A model generated the notes under the pieces. The model saw only the letters and a list, made by a program, of their open reading frames with translations, did no database searches and was not told where the DNA came from. Below are positions 25,027-37,859 of a stretch of DNA of 64,000 nt, one piece after another. The translations under genes were made by a program, and so were the position numbers. Source of the DNA: Mustelus asterias (taxonomy: Eukaryota); assembly GCF_964213995.1 (NCBI RefSeq), contig NC_135808.1:12710001-12774000 (forward strand), in the 5' to 3' direction. The first letter of the stretch is position 1. Every line of letters begins with the position of its first letter.

Positions 25027-27240
25027 CTCTACTCAAGTCCTCTCGCTATGAAGAGCAACATACCATTTCCCTTCTTTACTGCCTGCTGTACCTGCACGCT
25101 TACTTTCAGCGACTGATGCACGAGGACTCCAAGGTCTCGCTGAGTGTCCGCCTCTCTCAATTTACACCCATTCAAATAATGATCTGCCTTCCTATTATCG
25201 CTACCAAAGTGGATACCCTCACACTTATCCACATTATACTGTATCTGCCATGGAGACTTCTGGTAAGTGGCACGCTTTCAAAAGTGTGTTAACCAGGATT
25301 CAGGGTAAACACATTCCTCTGAGAGTGAAGGGCAAGGCTGGCAGAAGTCGGGAACCCTGGATGACTCGGGGTATTGAGGCCCTGGTCAAGAAGAAGAAAG
25401 AGGCACATGACATGCATTGGCAGCTGGGATCAAGTGAATCCCTTGAAGAGTATAGGGGGTGTAGGAATAGAGTTAAGAGAAAAATCAGGAGGGCAAAAAG
25501 GGGACACGAGATTGTTTTGACAGATAAGGTAAAGGAGAATCCAAAGAGCTTCTACAAATACATAAAGGGCAAAAGAGTGACAAGGGAGAGAGTAGGGCCT
25601 CTTAAGGATCAACAAGGTCATCTATGTGCGGATCCACAAGATATGGGTGAGATCATAAATGAATATTTCTCATCAGTATTTACTGCATTGCCCTCATCTA
25701 CCTTCTTGGTTTCCCCTTCAAAAAACTCAATTAAGTTTGTGAGATATGATTTTCCACTCACAAAGCCATGCTGACTGTCCCTAATCAGACCTTGCGTCTC
25801 TAAATGCCTGTAGATCCTGTCTCTCAAAATACCTTCCAACAACTTACCCACCACAGATGTGAGGCTCACTGGCCTGTGGTTCCCAGGATTTTCCCTGCAG
25901 CCCTTTTTAAACAAAGCCACAACATTTGCCACTCTCCAATCATCAGATACCTCACCCGTGACTATCGATGATTCAAATATCTCGGCTAGGGGACCCGTAA
26001 TTTCCTCCCTCGCCTCCCACAATATCCTGGGATATAGTTCATCAGGTCCTGGGGATTTATCTACCTTGAGAGAACTTGGAGAAATAAATAGTGATGTCTT
26101 GAGGAGTGTACATATTACAGAGGAGATGCTGGAAGTCGTAAAGCGCATCAAGGTAGATAAATCCCCAGGACCTGATGAACTATATCCCAGGATATTGTGG
26201 GAGGCGAGGGAGGAAATTACGGGTCCCCTAGCCGAGATATTTGAATCATCGATAGTCACGGGTGAGGTATCTGATGATTGGAGAGTGGCAAATGTTGTGG
26301 CTTTGTTTAAAAAGGGCTGCAGGGAAAATCCTGGGAACCACAGGCCAGTGAGCCTCACATCTGTGGTGGGTAAGTTGTTGGAAGGTATTTTGAGAGACAG
26401 GATCTACAGGCATTTAGAGACGCAAGGTCTGATTAGGGACAGTCAGCATGGCTTTGTGAGTGGAAAATCATATCTCACAAACTTAATTGAGTTTTTTGAA
26501 GGGGAAACCAAGAAGGTAGATGAGGGCAATGCAGTTGATGTTGTCTACATGGACTTTAGCAAGGCCTTTGACAAGGTACCGCATGGTAGGTTGTTGCATA
26601 AGGTTAAATCTCACGAGGTCCAGGGTGAGGTATCTAAATGGATACAAAATTGGCTTCTTGACGGAAGCCAGAGGGTGGTTGTAGAGGGTTGTTTTTCAAA
26701 CTGGAGGCCTGTGACCAGCGGTGTGCCTCAGGGATCAGTGCTGGGCCCACTGTTATTTGTCATTTATATTAATGATTTGGATGAGAATATAGGGGGCATG
26801 GTTAGTAAGTTTGCAGATGACACCAAGATTGGTGGCATAGTGGACAGTGAAGAAGGTTATCTCCGATTGCAACGGGATCTTGATCAGTTGGGCCAGTGGG
26901 CTGACGAATGGCAGATGGAGTTTAATTTAGACAAATGCGAGGTGATGCATTTTGGTAGATTGAACCAGGGCAGGACTTACTCTGTTAATGGTAGGGCGTT
27001 GGGGAGAGTTACAGAACAAAGAGATCTAGGGGTACGTGTTCATAGCTCCTTGAAAGTGGAGTCACAGATGGACAGAGTGGTGAAGAAGGCATTCGGCATG
27101 CTTGGTTTCATCGGTCAGAACATTGAAGACAGGAGTTGGGACGTCTTATTGAAGTTGTACAAGACATTGGTAAGGCCACACTTGGAATACTGTGTACAGT
27201 TCTGGTCACCCTATTATAGAAAGGATATTATTAAACTAGA
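25027..27240 (+). mobile_element. CR1 LINE fragment with internal inverted duplication (plus a short minus-strand CR1 piece at 25027-25250)
   Basis: RT motifs in ORF 25859..27271; arms 25682-26069 and 26148-26535 are reverse complements. Confidence 0.93.
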
Positions 27241-28530
27241 CGATCAGAGGCCGATTGCCCGTGACCGCTGAAGTGCTCCCCAACAGGAAGAGAACACACT
27301 TGCCTGGTGATTGTCGAGCGGTGTTCATTCATCCGTTGTCGCAGCGTCTGCATGGTTTCCCCAATGTACCATGCCTCGGGACATCCTTTCCTGCAGCGTA
27401 TCAGGTAGACAACGTTGACCGAGTTGCAAGAGTATGTACTGTGTACCTGGTGGATGGTGTTCTCACGTGAGATGATGGCATCCGTGTCGATGATCCGGCA
27501 TGTCTTGCAGAGGTTGATGTGGCAGGTCCATGCGGCGCCGTGGTCACTGTTCTCCTGAAGGCCAGGGCAGTCCGCCGCAGACAATGGTCTGCCTGAGGTT
27601 GTGCGATTGTTTGAAGGCAAGAACTGGGGGTGTGGGGATGGCCTTGGCGAGATGTTCGTCTTCATCGATGAGATGTTGAAGACTCTGGAGAAAATGTCGT
27701 AGCTTCTCCGCTCCGGGGAAGTACTGGACGACGAAGGGTACTCTGCCTGCTGTGTCCCGTGTTTGTCTTCTGAGGAGGTCAGTGCTGTTTTTCACTGTGG
27801 CGTGTCGGAACTGTCAATCAATGAGTGGAGCGCCACATCCTGTTCTTATGAGAGTGTCTTTCAGCGTCTGTAGGCGTCTGTTGCGATCCTCCTCATCTGA
27901 GCAGATCCTGTGTATATGGAGTGCTTGTCCGTGGGGGATGGGTTCTTTAACATGTTTAGGGTGGAAGCTGGAGAAATGGAGCATCGTGAAGTTATCAGTG
28001 GGCTTGCGGTACAGTGAAGTGCTGAGATGACCGTCCTTGATCTACAACAACGGATGAATGAATGCCGCTCGGCAATCACCAGGCAGGAGTGCTGTCTTCC
28101 CATCGGGGAACACTTCAGCAGTCACGGGCATTCAGCCTCTGATCTTCAGGTAAGCATTCTCCAAGGCGGCCTTCACGACACACGACAACGCAGAATCGCT
28201 GAGCAGAGACTGATAGCCAAGTTCCGCACACATGAAGACGGCCTCAACCGGGATCTTGGGTTCATGTCACACGATCTGTAACCTCCACAACTTGCCTGGG
28301 CTTGCAAAATCTCACTAACTGTCCTGGCTGGAGACAATACTCATCTCTTTAACCTGTGCGTAACCCTCTCTCCACTCACATTGTCTGTACCTTTAAGACT
28401 TGATTACCTGTAAAGACTCGCATTCCAACCATTATCTTGTAAATTGAGTTTGTGTCTGTATATGCCCTGTTTGTGAACACAGCTCCTCACTCTCCTGATG
28501 AAGGAGCAGCGCTCCGAAAGCTTGTGTGAG
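27241..28530. mobile_element. Penelope-like element with inverted halves
   Basis: VVYLIRCRKGCPEAWYIGET (GIY-YIG) on the - strand; 3' end and pLTR on the + strand. Confidence 0.9.
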
Positions 28531-28620
28531 CTGATTGGGTACACTGAGGGAGAATGTAGCATGGCTAATTCACTCAACCAGCACATCATTCAGATTGTGG
28601 GAGGATGAATACAGAATACA

Positions 28621-31150
28621 TAGTAATAGAGATGTGGAGGAAGAAATTGCTAAGCAGATTATGGATATGTGTGGGGGTCACAGGGTAGTTGTCATGGGGG
28701 ACTTTAACTTTCCAAATATTGATTGGAATCTTTGTAGGTCAAATAGTTCGGATGGGGCAGTTTTTGTGCAGTGTGTGCAGGAGGGTTTCCTGACACAATA
28801 TGTGGATAGGCCGACAAGAGGTGAGGCCACATTGGATTTGGTACTGGGAAATGAACCGGGCCAAGTGTTAGATTTGGTTGTGGGAGAGCACTTTGGAGAT
28901 AGTGACCACAATTCGGTGTCTTTTGTTATTGCAATGGAGAGGGATAGGGCCGTACGGCAGGGCAAGGTTTACAATTGGGGGAGAGGTAATTATGATGCGA
29001 TTAGGAAAGAATTAGGGGGCATAAGTTGGGAACAGAAACTGTCAGGGAAAGGAACTGATGAAAAGTGGAACTTTTTCAAGGAACAAATACTGGGTGTCCT
29101 TGATAGGTATGTCCCTGTCAGGCAGGGAGGAAATGGCCGAGTGAGGGAACCATGGTTCACGAAAGAGGTGGAATGTCTTGTGAAAAGGAAGAGGGAAGCT
29201 CTTCGATATGTAGGGATGAGGAAACAAGGTTCAGATGGCTCGATTGAGGGTTACACGTTAGCAAGGAATGAGCTGAAAAAGGGGCTTAGGAGAGCTAGGA
29301 GGGGACATGAGAAGTCCTTGGCGGGTCAGATCAAGGAAAACCCCAAGGCTTTTTATTCTTATGTGAGGAATAAAAGAATGACCAGGGTGAGGTTAGGGCC
29401 GGTCAAGGACAGTAGTGGGAACTTGTGTATGGAGTCAGTAGGGATAGGCGAGGGGATGAATGAATACTTTTCTTCAGTGTTCACCAAGGAGAGGGGCCAT
29501 GTTTTTGAGGAAGAGAAGGTGTTACAGGCTAATAGGCTGGAGGAAATAGATGTTCGGAGGGAGGATGTCCTGGCAGTTTTGAATAAACTGAAGGTCGATA
29601 AGTGCCCTGGGCCTGATGAAATGTATCATAGGATTCTTTGGGAGGCAAGGGATGAGATTGCAGAGCCTTTGGCTTTGATCTTTGGGTCCTCGCTGTCCAC
29701 GGGGATGGTGCCAGAGGACTGGAGAATGGCGAATGTTGTTCCTCTGTTTAAGAAAGGGAATAGAAATGACCCTGGTAATTATAGACCGGTTAGTCTTACT
29801 TCGGTGGTTGGTAAATTGATGGAAAAGGTCCTTAGAGATGGGATTTACGACCATTTAGAAAGATGAGGATTAATCCGGGATAGTCAGCACGGATTCGTGA
29901 AGGGCAAGTCGTGCCTCACAAATCTGATTGAATCTTTTGAGGAGGTTACTAAGTGTGTTGATGAAGGTAGGGCAGTTGATGTCATATACATGGATTTTAG
30001 TAAGGCATTTGATAAGGTCCCCCATGGTCGGCTTATGATGAAAGTGAGGGGTGTGGGATAGAGGGAAAGTTGGCCGATTGGTTAGGTAACTGGCTGTCTG
30101 ATCGAAGACAGAGGGTGGTGGGGGATGGAAAATTTTCGGATTGGAGGCAGGTTGCTAGCGGAGTGCCACAGGGATCGGTGCTTGGTCCTCTGCTCTTTGT
30201 GATTTTTATTAATGACTTATAGGAGGGGGTTGAAGGGTGGATCAGTAAATTTGCTGATGACACCAAGATTGGTGGAGTAGTGGATGAGGTGGAGGGCTGT
30301 TGTAGGCTGCAAAGAGACATAGATAGGATGCAAAGCTGGGCTGAAAAATGGCAAATGGAGTTTAACCCTGATAAATGTGAGGTGATTCATTTTGGTAGGA
30401 CTAATTTAAATGTGGATTACAGGGTCAAAGGTAGGGTTCTGAAGACTGTGGAGGAACAGAGAGATCTTGGGGTCCATGTCCACAGATCTCTAAAGGTTGC
30501 CACTCAAGTGGATAGAGCTGTGAAGAAGGCCTATAGTGTGTTAGTTTTTATTAACAGGGGGTTGGAGTTTAAGAGCCGTGGGGTTATGCTGCAACTGTAC
30601 AGGACCTTGGTGAGACCACATTTGGAATATTGTGTGCAGTTCTGGTCACCTCACTATAAGAAGGATGTGGAAGTGCTGGAAAGAGTGCAGAGGAGATTTA
30701 CCAGGATGCTGCCTGGTTTGGAGGGTTGGTCTTATGAGGAAAGGTTGAGGGAGCTCGGGCTGTTCTCTCTGGAGCGGAGGAGGCTGAGGGGAGACTTAAT
30801 AGAGGTTTATAAAATGATGAAGGGAATAGATAGAGTGAATGTTCAAAGACTATTTCCTCGGGTGGATGGAGCTATTACAAGGGGGCATAACTATAGGGTT
30901 CGTGGTGGGAGATATAGGAAGGATATCAGAGGTAGGTTCTTTACGCAGAGAGTGGTTGGGGTGTGGAATGGACTGCCTGCAGTGATAGTGGAGTCAGACA
31001 CTTTAGGAACATTTAAGTGGTTATTGGATAGGCACATGGAGCACACCAGGATGATAGGGAGTGGGATAGCTTGATCTTGGTTTCAGATAAAGCTCGGCAC
31101 AACATCGTGGGTCGAAGGGCCTGTTCTGTGCTGTACTGTTCTATGTTCTA
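28621..31150 (+). mobile_element. 5'-truncated CR1, same subfamily as 14124-18630
   Basis: Nearly identical to 16100-18630, with the same tail. Confidence 0.96.
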
Positions 31151-31608
31151 AGAACATATGTTTATTTTGTATATGCAGAAACCACAGAAAGGGTGTCTGC
31201 AGTGTACCTGAAAACATATTCACACAGTAAAAAGAGCGATAGATGAAAGAGAGCTCTTGCTTGACCCACATATCTACTGAATGTTAATTTCAAATGTGTC
31301 GATAACATTCAATCGCGACTGTGCACAGGTCAGAATGTGTAACTTTCAAATAGGGGGTCCATTGTTCTGCACACACTTGGTCTAATTATTCCCCTCTCCC
31401 CTCCCCCTTTAAATCTAACCCTCCTCCCTCTTAGCTGAAGAATAAATGGAAAAGGGTGGAGAAAATACTAATATCAATGTTGTTGGTCTGGATTGTTGAG
31501 TAAAAATGACAAAACGTATAAATACTGCAGATGCTAGAAAACGGAAAGAAAAATATAATCTTAATGAAAGGTTAACTCTAAAATGTTAACTCTGTCTTCA
31601 CATAGATG

Positions 31609-31852
31609 ATGTGGAGATGCTGGCGTTGGACTGGGGTGAACACAGTAAGAAGGTACCTTTAAGATCTGGCTGGCTGTAGGGATTCGCATTCTAATCAGTA
31701 TTCTGTAACTTGATTTTTTGTGTCTCTGTGCACTGTTTGAGGGCACATTTCCACTCCATCTGACGAAGGAGCAGCGCTCCGAAAGCTTATGGTATTTGCT
31801 ACCAAATAAACCTGTTGGACTTTAACCTGGTGTTGTGAGACTTCTTACTGTG
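31609..31852. mobile_element. Short Penelope element (pLTR only)
   Basis: Flanked by ttcacatagatg (31597-31608 and 31853-31864); hammerhead motif. Confidence 0.85.
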
Positions 31853-31864
31853 TTCACATAGATG

Positions 31865-33387
31865 CAGTAAGAAGTTTAACAACACCAGGTTAAAGTCCAA
31901 CAGGTTTATTTGGTAGCAAAAGCCACACAAGCTTTCGGAGCTCCAAGCCCCTTCTTCAGGTGAGTGGGAATTCTGTTCACAAACAGAGCATATAAAGACA
32001 CAAACTCAATTTACATGAATAATGGTTGGAATGCGAATGCTTACAACTAATCAAGTCTTTAAGAAACAAAACAACGTGAGTGGAGAGAGCATCAAGACAG
32101 GCTAAAAAGATTTGTATTGTCTCCAGACAAGACAGCCAGTGAAACTCTGCAGACCCAGACAACTGTGGGGGTTACAAATAGTGTGACATGAACCCAATAT
32201 CCCGGTTGAGGCCGTCCTCGTGCGTGCGGAACTTGGCTATCAGTTTCTGCTCAGCGACTCTGCGCCGTCGTGTGTCGCGAAGGCCGCCTTGGAGAACGCT
32301 TACCCGAATATCAGAGGCCGAATGCCCGTGACCGCTGAAGTGCTCCCCAACAGGAAGAGAACAGTCTTGCCTGGTGATTGTCGAGCGGTGTTCATTCATC
32401 CGTTGTCGCAGCGTCTGCATAGTTTCCCCAATGTACCATGCCTCGGGACATCCTTTCTTGCAGCGTATCAGGTAGACAACGTTGGCCGAGTTGCAAGAGC
32501 ATGTACCGTGTACCTGGTGGATGGTGTTCTCACGTGAGATAATGGCATCTGTGTCGATGATCCGGCACGTCTTGCAGAGGTTGCTGTGGCAGGGTTGTGT
32601 GGTGTCATGGTCACTGTTCTCCTGAAGGCTGGGTAGTTTGCTGCAGTCAATGGTCTGTTTGAGGTTGTGCGGTTGTTTGAAGGCAAGAAATGGGGGTGTG
32701 GTGATGGCCTTGGCGAGATGTTCGTCTTCATCAATGACATGTTGAAGGCTCCGGAGGAGATGCCGTAGCTTACAGCGTACATTGGGGAAACTATGCAGAC
32801 GCTGCGACAACGGATGAATGAACACTGCTCGACAATCACCAGGCAAGACTGTTCTCTTCCTGTTGGGGAGCACTTCAGCGGTCACGGGCATTCGGCCTCC
32901 GATATTCGGGTAAGCGTTCTCCAAGGCGGCCTTCGCGACACACGACGGCGCAGAGTCGCTGAGCAGAAACTGATAGCCAAGTTCCGCACACACGAGGACG
33001 GCCTCAGCCGGGATATTGGGTTCATGTCACACTATTTGCAACCCCCACAGTTGCCTGGGCCTGCAGAGTTTCACTGGCTGTCTTGTCTGGAGACAATACA
33101 CATCTTTTTAGCCTGTCTTGATGCTCTCTCCACTCACGTTGTTTTGTTTCTTAAAGACTTGATTAGTTGTAAGTATTCGCATTCCAACCATTATTCATGT
33201 AAATTGAGTTTGTGTCTTTATATGCTCTGTTTGTGAACAGAATTCCCACTCACCTGAAGAAGGGGCTTGCAGCTCCGAAAGCTTGTGTAGCTTTTGCTAC
33301 CAAATAAACCTGTTGGACTTTAACCTGGTGTTGTTAAACTTCTTACTGTGTTTACCCCAGTCCAACGCCGGCATCTCCACATCATGA
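31865..33387. mobile_element. Penelope element with long inverted arms (about 570 bp) and GIY-YIG coding fragment
   Basis: ORFs 32172..32993(-) and 32793..33236(+); TSD ttcacatagatg (31853-31864 and 33388-33399). Confidence 0.93.
33251..33287 (+). ncRNA. Minimal type I hammerhead ribozyme motif in a Penelope pLTR (also 21969-22007 -, 28487-28530 +, 31756-31792 +, 31926-31962 -, 53624-53660 -, 53909-53945 +)
   Basis: cac-CTGAAGA-aGGGGC ttgca GCTCC-GAAA-gctt-gtg: conserved core, stem II, palindromic AAGCTT stem III. Confidence 0.75.
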
Positions 33388-33449
33388 TTCACATAGATGG
33401 CCAGACCTGCTGAGTATTTCCAACATCTTCTGTTTTTTGTTATTGCTGC

Positions 33450-33745
33450 ACGGCACGGTGGCGCTGCTGTCTCACAGCGCTAGGGACCCGGGTTCAATTC
33501 CAGCCTCGGGTCACTGTCTGTGGGAAGTCTGCACATTCTCCCCGTGTCTGCTTGGGCTTCCTCCAGGTGCACCGATTTCCTGCCACACTCCAAAGATGGA
33601 TTGGCATGTCAAATTGCCCCTTAGTGTCAGGGGGATTAGCAGGGTAAATACATGGGGTTACAGGGATAGGGTCTCAGTAGGATTGTCGTCAGTACAGGCT
33701 TGATGGGATGAATGGTCTCCTCTGCACTGTGGGGATTCTATGAAT
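33450..33745 (+). mobile_element. HE1-like SINE
   Basis: tRNA-like head, body, gattctatga tail. Confidence 0.8.
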
Positions 33746-33904
33746 CTGCTCTGAGCTCTGTTTGAAGGAAATCTGTATGCATGTCCATTTTGTATCTGTT
33801 TACTTGCAATTCAATGTAGCTGTGTTCCCTTCAGACACGGAAAGGAGCAAATGCAAGAAACAGCGTATGCTGCAATTCTAACAAAGATTCACCATGTCTA
33901 TGGA

Positions 33905-35550
33905 AACATAGGAATTAGAAGCAGAAGTCGGCAATTCAGCCCTTCAAGCCTCCTCCGCCATTCAATCAGATCATGGCTGATCTCTCCCTGGTCTCAAATT
34001 CACCTCCCCATCTGTTCCCCATATCCCTTTAGCCCTTTTTTAAAAAATCAGAAATATATCGCTTTCTTGAAAATCATTGAATGATTCAGACTCCACCGTG
34101 CTGTGGGGCAGCGAGTTCCACAAATTCACCCCCCTCTGTGAGAAGTCGTTCCTCCTCATCTCAGTGTTAAATCTACCGTCTCTCAACCTATACCTGTGAC
34201 TTCATGTTCTAGATGGCCCCACACGGGGAAACATTTGGTCTACATTTATTCTATCAATCCCTTCTAAAATTTTATATACCTCGATCAGATCCCCTCTCAT
34301 CCTTCTAATAGAGGTCTCATCTCTCGTGAGGAAGTGACGAAGATGATTGATTAGGGTAGGGCAGTGGATGTTGTCTACATGGACTTCAGTAAGGTCTTTG
34401 ACAAGGTCCCTCATGGCAGACTGGTGCAGAAGGTGAAGTCGCATGGGATCAGAGGTGAGCTGGCAAGGTGGATACAAAACTGGCTCGGTCAAAGAAGACA
34501 GAGGGTAGCACTGGAAGGGTGTGTTTCTGAATGGGGGGCTGTGACAAGTGGTGTTTCTCAGGGATCAGTGCTGGGACCTTTGCTGTTTGTAATATATATA
34601 TAAATGATTTGGAGAAAAATGTAACTGGATTGATAAGTTTGCGGACGACACAAAGGTTGGTGGATTTGCAGATAGCAATGAGGACCATCAGAGGATACAG
34701 CAGGATATAGATCAGTTGGAGACTTGGGCGGAGAGATGGCAGATGGAGTTTAATCCGGACAAATGTGAGGTAGTGCATTTTGGAAGGTCAAATACAGATA
34801 GGAAATATACATTAAATGGCAGAACCCTTGAGAGTATTGATAGGCAAAGGGATCTGGGTGTACAGGTACACAGGTCACTGAAAGTGGTAATGCAGGTGGA
34901 GAAGGTAGTCAAGAAGGCATACGGCATGCTTGCCTTCATCGGCCGGGGTATTGAGTTTAAAAATTGGCAAGTCATGTTGCAGCTTTATAGAACCTTAGTT
35001 AGGCCGCACTTGGAATATAGTGTTCAATTCTGGTCGCCACACTACCAGAAGGATGTGGAGGCTTTGGAGAGGGTACAGAAAAGATTTACCAGGATGTTGC
35101 CTGGTATGGAGGGCATTAGCTATGAGGAGAGGTTAGAGAAACTTGGGTTTGTTCTCACTGGAGCGACGGAGGTTGAGGGGAGACCTGATAGAAGTCTACA
35201 AGATTATGAGAGGCATGGACAGAATGGATAGTCAGAAGCTTTTTCCCAGGGTGGAAGGGTCAATTACTAGGGGACATAGGCTTAAGGTGTGAGGGGCAAC
35301 GTTTAAAGGAGATGTACGAGGCAGATGTTTTACAGAAAGTAGTGGGTGCCTGGAACTCATTGCCGGGGGAAGGAGTGGAAGCGGATACGGTAGTGACTTT
35401 TAAGGGGCATCTTGACAAGTACATGAATAGGATGGTAATAGAGGGATATGGTCCCCGGAAGGGGAGGGGATTTTAGTTAAGCCAGGCAGCATGGTCGGTG
35501 CAGGCTTGAAGGGCCTGTTCCTGTGCTGTAATTTTCATTGTTCTTTGTTC
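33905..35550. mobile_element. CR1 3' fragments (- 33905-34310; + 34330-35550)
   Basis: RT and C-terminal motifs, CR1 tails. Confidence 0.9.
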
Positions 35551-36219
35551 TCTCCTCATACATCAACCCTTTCATCCATCTTGTTGACCCAAATTTCTGT
35601 GGAGTCAGGCCAACTGTGGAGGCCTTGGAAAATGGTGGGTGGATCGGATTCCTACCTCCATTCCTGGCACCGGCCTTTTCCACGGACATTGGATAAAAGT
35701 TTCGGTTGCCAGCCCAGGCCTTGCAGTCCCAACTTGGCAAGCTCCATTTTGGACAGTAAAGCATCTCATTATCCCTCCTTGTGATTTTCATGGAATCTTC
35801 CATGACCCAGAGTTCATGACTCCTCGAAGGAGCCAGGAACCACAGTCTGTATTCAGGAATCTTTTGAAATGCAACTTTAAAAGCTCTTTGCCATTCCCCC
35901 TTCATATCTCCCAGAGCCCCTCTGTGTCCTCCCAGTGAGTGCAATCAGTTTTACCTGATGTTCTCCCATGTCACCCCTAACTCTGTAGTCAACGTGACAG
36001 GTTTAGTGTGTGGTGCAGGGGGGAGCATGTGATGCTGTGTCATACCAACACCAGGAAAGCTCAGCAGGTCAAATTGAAGCAGTCTCTTCCAAAACTACTC
36101 TCAGCTCAAGCATGTCGCAGTCATATTTGCTGCTCTACCCTTCTTTACGACTTCACGACCTCTCGCCTGGGTCCAATGCCACTGATTTCCAACATTGAAA
36201 CTGTAATCAACTTCAGGTT

Positions 36220-37430
36220 ATTTGGTGGCAGTGATTAGCACTGTTGCCTCACAGCGCCAGGGACCCGAGTTTGATTCCTGGCTTGGGTCACAGTCTGTGC
36301 GGAGTCTGCACGTTCTCCCCGTGCATGCATGGGTTTCCTCCAGGTGCTCCAGTTTTGTCCGAAAGACGTGCTGGTTAGGTGCATTGGCTATGCTAAATTC
36401 TCCCTCAGTGTACCCGAACAGGCACTAGAGTGTGGTGACTCAGGGATTTTCACGGTAGATTGGAGGGTGGCAAATGTTGTGTCTTTGTTTAAAAAGGGCT
36501 GCAGTGAAAAGCCTGGGAACTACAGGACGGTGAGCCTCACATATGTAGTGGGCAAGTTGTTGGAAGGTCATAGTCATAGAGTTTTACAGCATGGAAACAG
36601 GCCCTTCGGCCCAACCTGCCTCTGCCGCCCTTTTTAAAAAAATCTCAGCTAATCCCAATTGCCTGCATTTGGCCCATATCCCTCTTACCCATGTAATTGT
36701 CTAAATGCTTTTTAAAAGACAAAATTATACCCACCTCTACGACCACCTCTGGCAGCTTGTTCCAGACACCATCCTGTGTGTGAAGAAATTGCCCCCTGGA
36801 CACTTTTGCATCTCTCTCCTCTCACCTTAAACCTATGCCCTCTCGTTTTAGACTCCCCTACCTTTGGGAAAAGATATTGACTATCTCGCTGATTTATGCC
36901 CCTCATTATTTTATAGACTTCTATAAGATCACCCCTCAGCCTTCTACGCTCCAGAAGAAAAAGGTCCCAAACTATCCAACCTCTCCTTATAACTCAAACC
37001 ATCAAGTCCCGATAACATCCTAGTAAATCTTTTCTGCACCTTTTCTAGTTGAATATCATCCTTTCTATATTAGGGTGACCAGAACTATACACAGTATTCC
37101 AAGTGTGCCCTTACCAATGCCTTGTACAACTTCAACAAGACGTCCCAACTCCTGTATTCAATGTTCTGACCAATGAAACCAAGCATGCTGAATGCCTTCT
37201 TCACCACTCTGTCCACCTGTGACTCCACTTTCAAGGAGCTATGAACATGTACCCCGAGATCTCTTTGTTCTGTAACTCTCCCCAACGCCGACATTAACTG
37301 AGTAAGTCCTGCCCTAGTTCTATCTACCAAAATACATCTAAATTAAACTCCATCTGCCATTCGTCAGCCCACCGACCCAATTGATCAAGATCCCGTTGCA
37401 ATCCGGGATAACTTTCTTCACATCCATGGA
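36220..37430. mobile_element. SINE (+, 36220-36455) followed by CR1 fragments (+ to 36570; - 36570-37430)
   Basis: Shared SINE motifs; DWRVANVV and LVRAHLEYCV. Confidence 0.85.
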
Positions 37431-37757
37431 ACCACATCCAACTCCCCCTTTCACACACACTGAACCCCACCCAACTCCCCCTTTCTCACACACTGAACCC
37501 CATCCAACTCCCCCTTTCACACACACTGAACCCCACCCAACTCCCCCTTTCTCACACACTGAACCCCATCCAACTCCCCCTTTCACACACACTGAACCCC
37601 ACCCAACTCCCCCTTTCTCACAGACTGAACCCCATCCAACTTCCCCTTTCACACAGACTGAACCCCATCCAACTCCCTTTCACACACACTGAACCCCATC
37701 CAACTCCCCCTTTCACTCACACTGAACCCCATCCAACTCCCCCTTTCACACACACTG
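37431..37757 (+). repeat. 33-bp minisatellite (actgaaccccatccaactccccctttcacacac), about 10 copies
   Basis: Direct periodicity. Confidence 0.95.
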
Positions 37758-37828
37758 AATCCACAAGTCCCCACAAGAGACAAACAAGCTCCAAGTTGAT
37801 AAATAAGACATTGCACCCCATCTTGGGC

Positions 37829-37853
37829 TCGATCTTAGCCAAAAAGCCGAGAG
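37829..37853 (-). pseudogene. U2 snRNA 5'-end-like fragment
   Basis: tctcggctttttggctaagatcgag compared with U2 tctcggccttttggctaagatcaag. Confidence 0.75.
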
Positions 37854-37859
37854 GCTGGG

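Noticed and set aside
25859-27271. 470-aa ORF with a novel N-terminus
   Set aside because: The N-terminus is antisense CR1 from the foldback; the rest is ordinary CR1 RT
37381-37692. His/Pro/Thr repeat protein or CRISPR-like array
   Set aside because: Head-to-tail 33-bp minisatellite with no unique spacers; eukaryotic context
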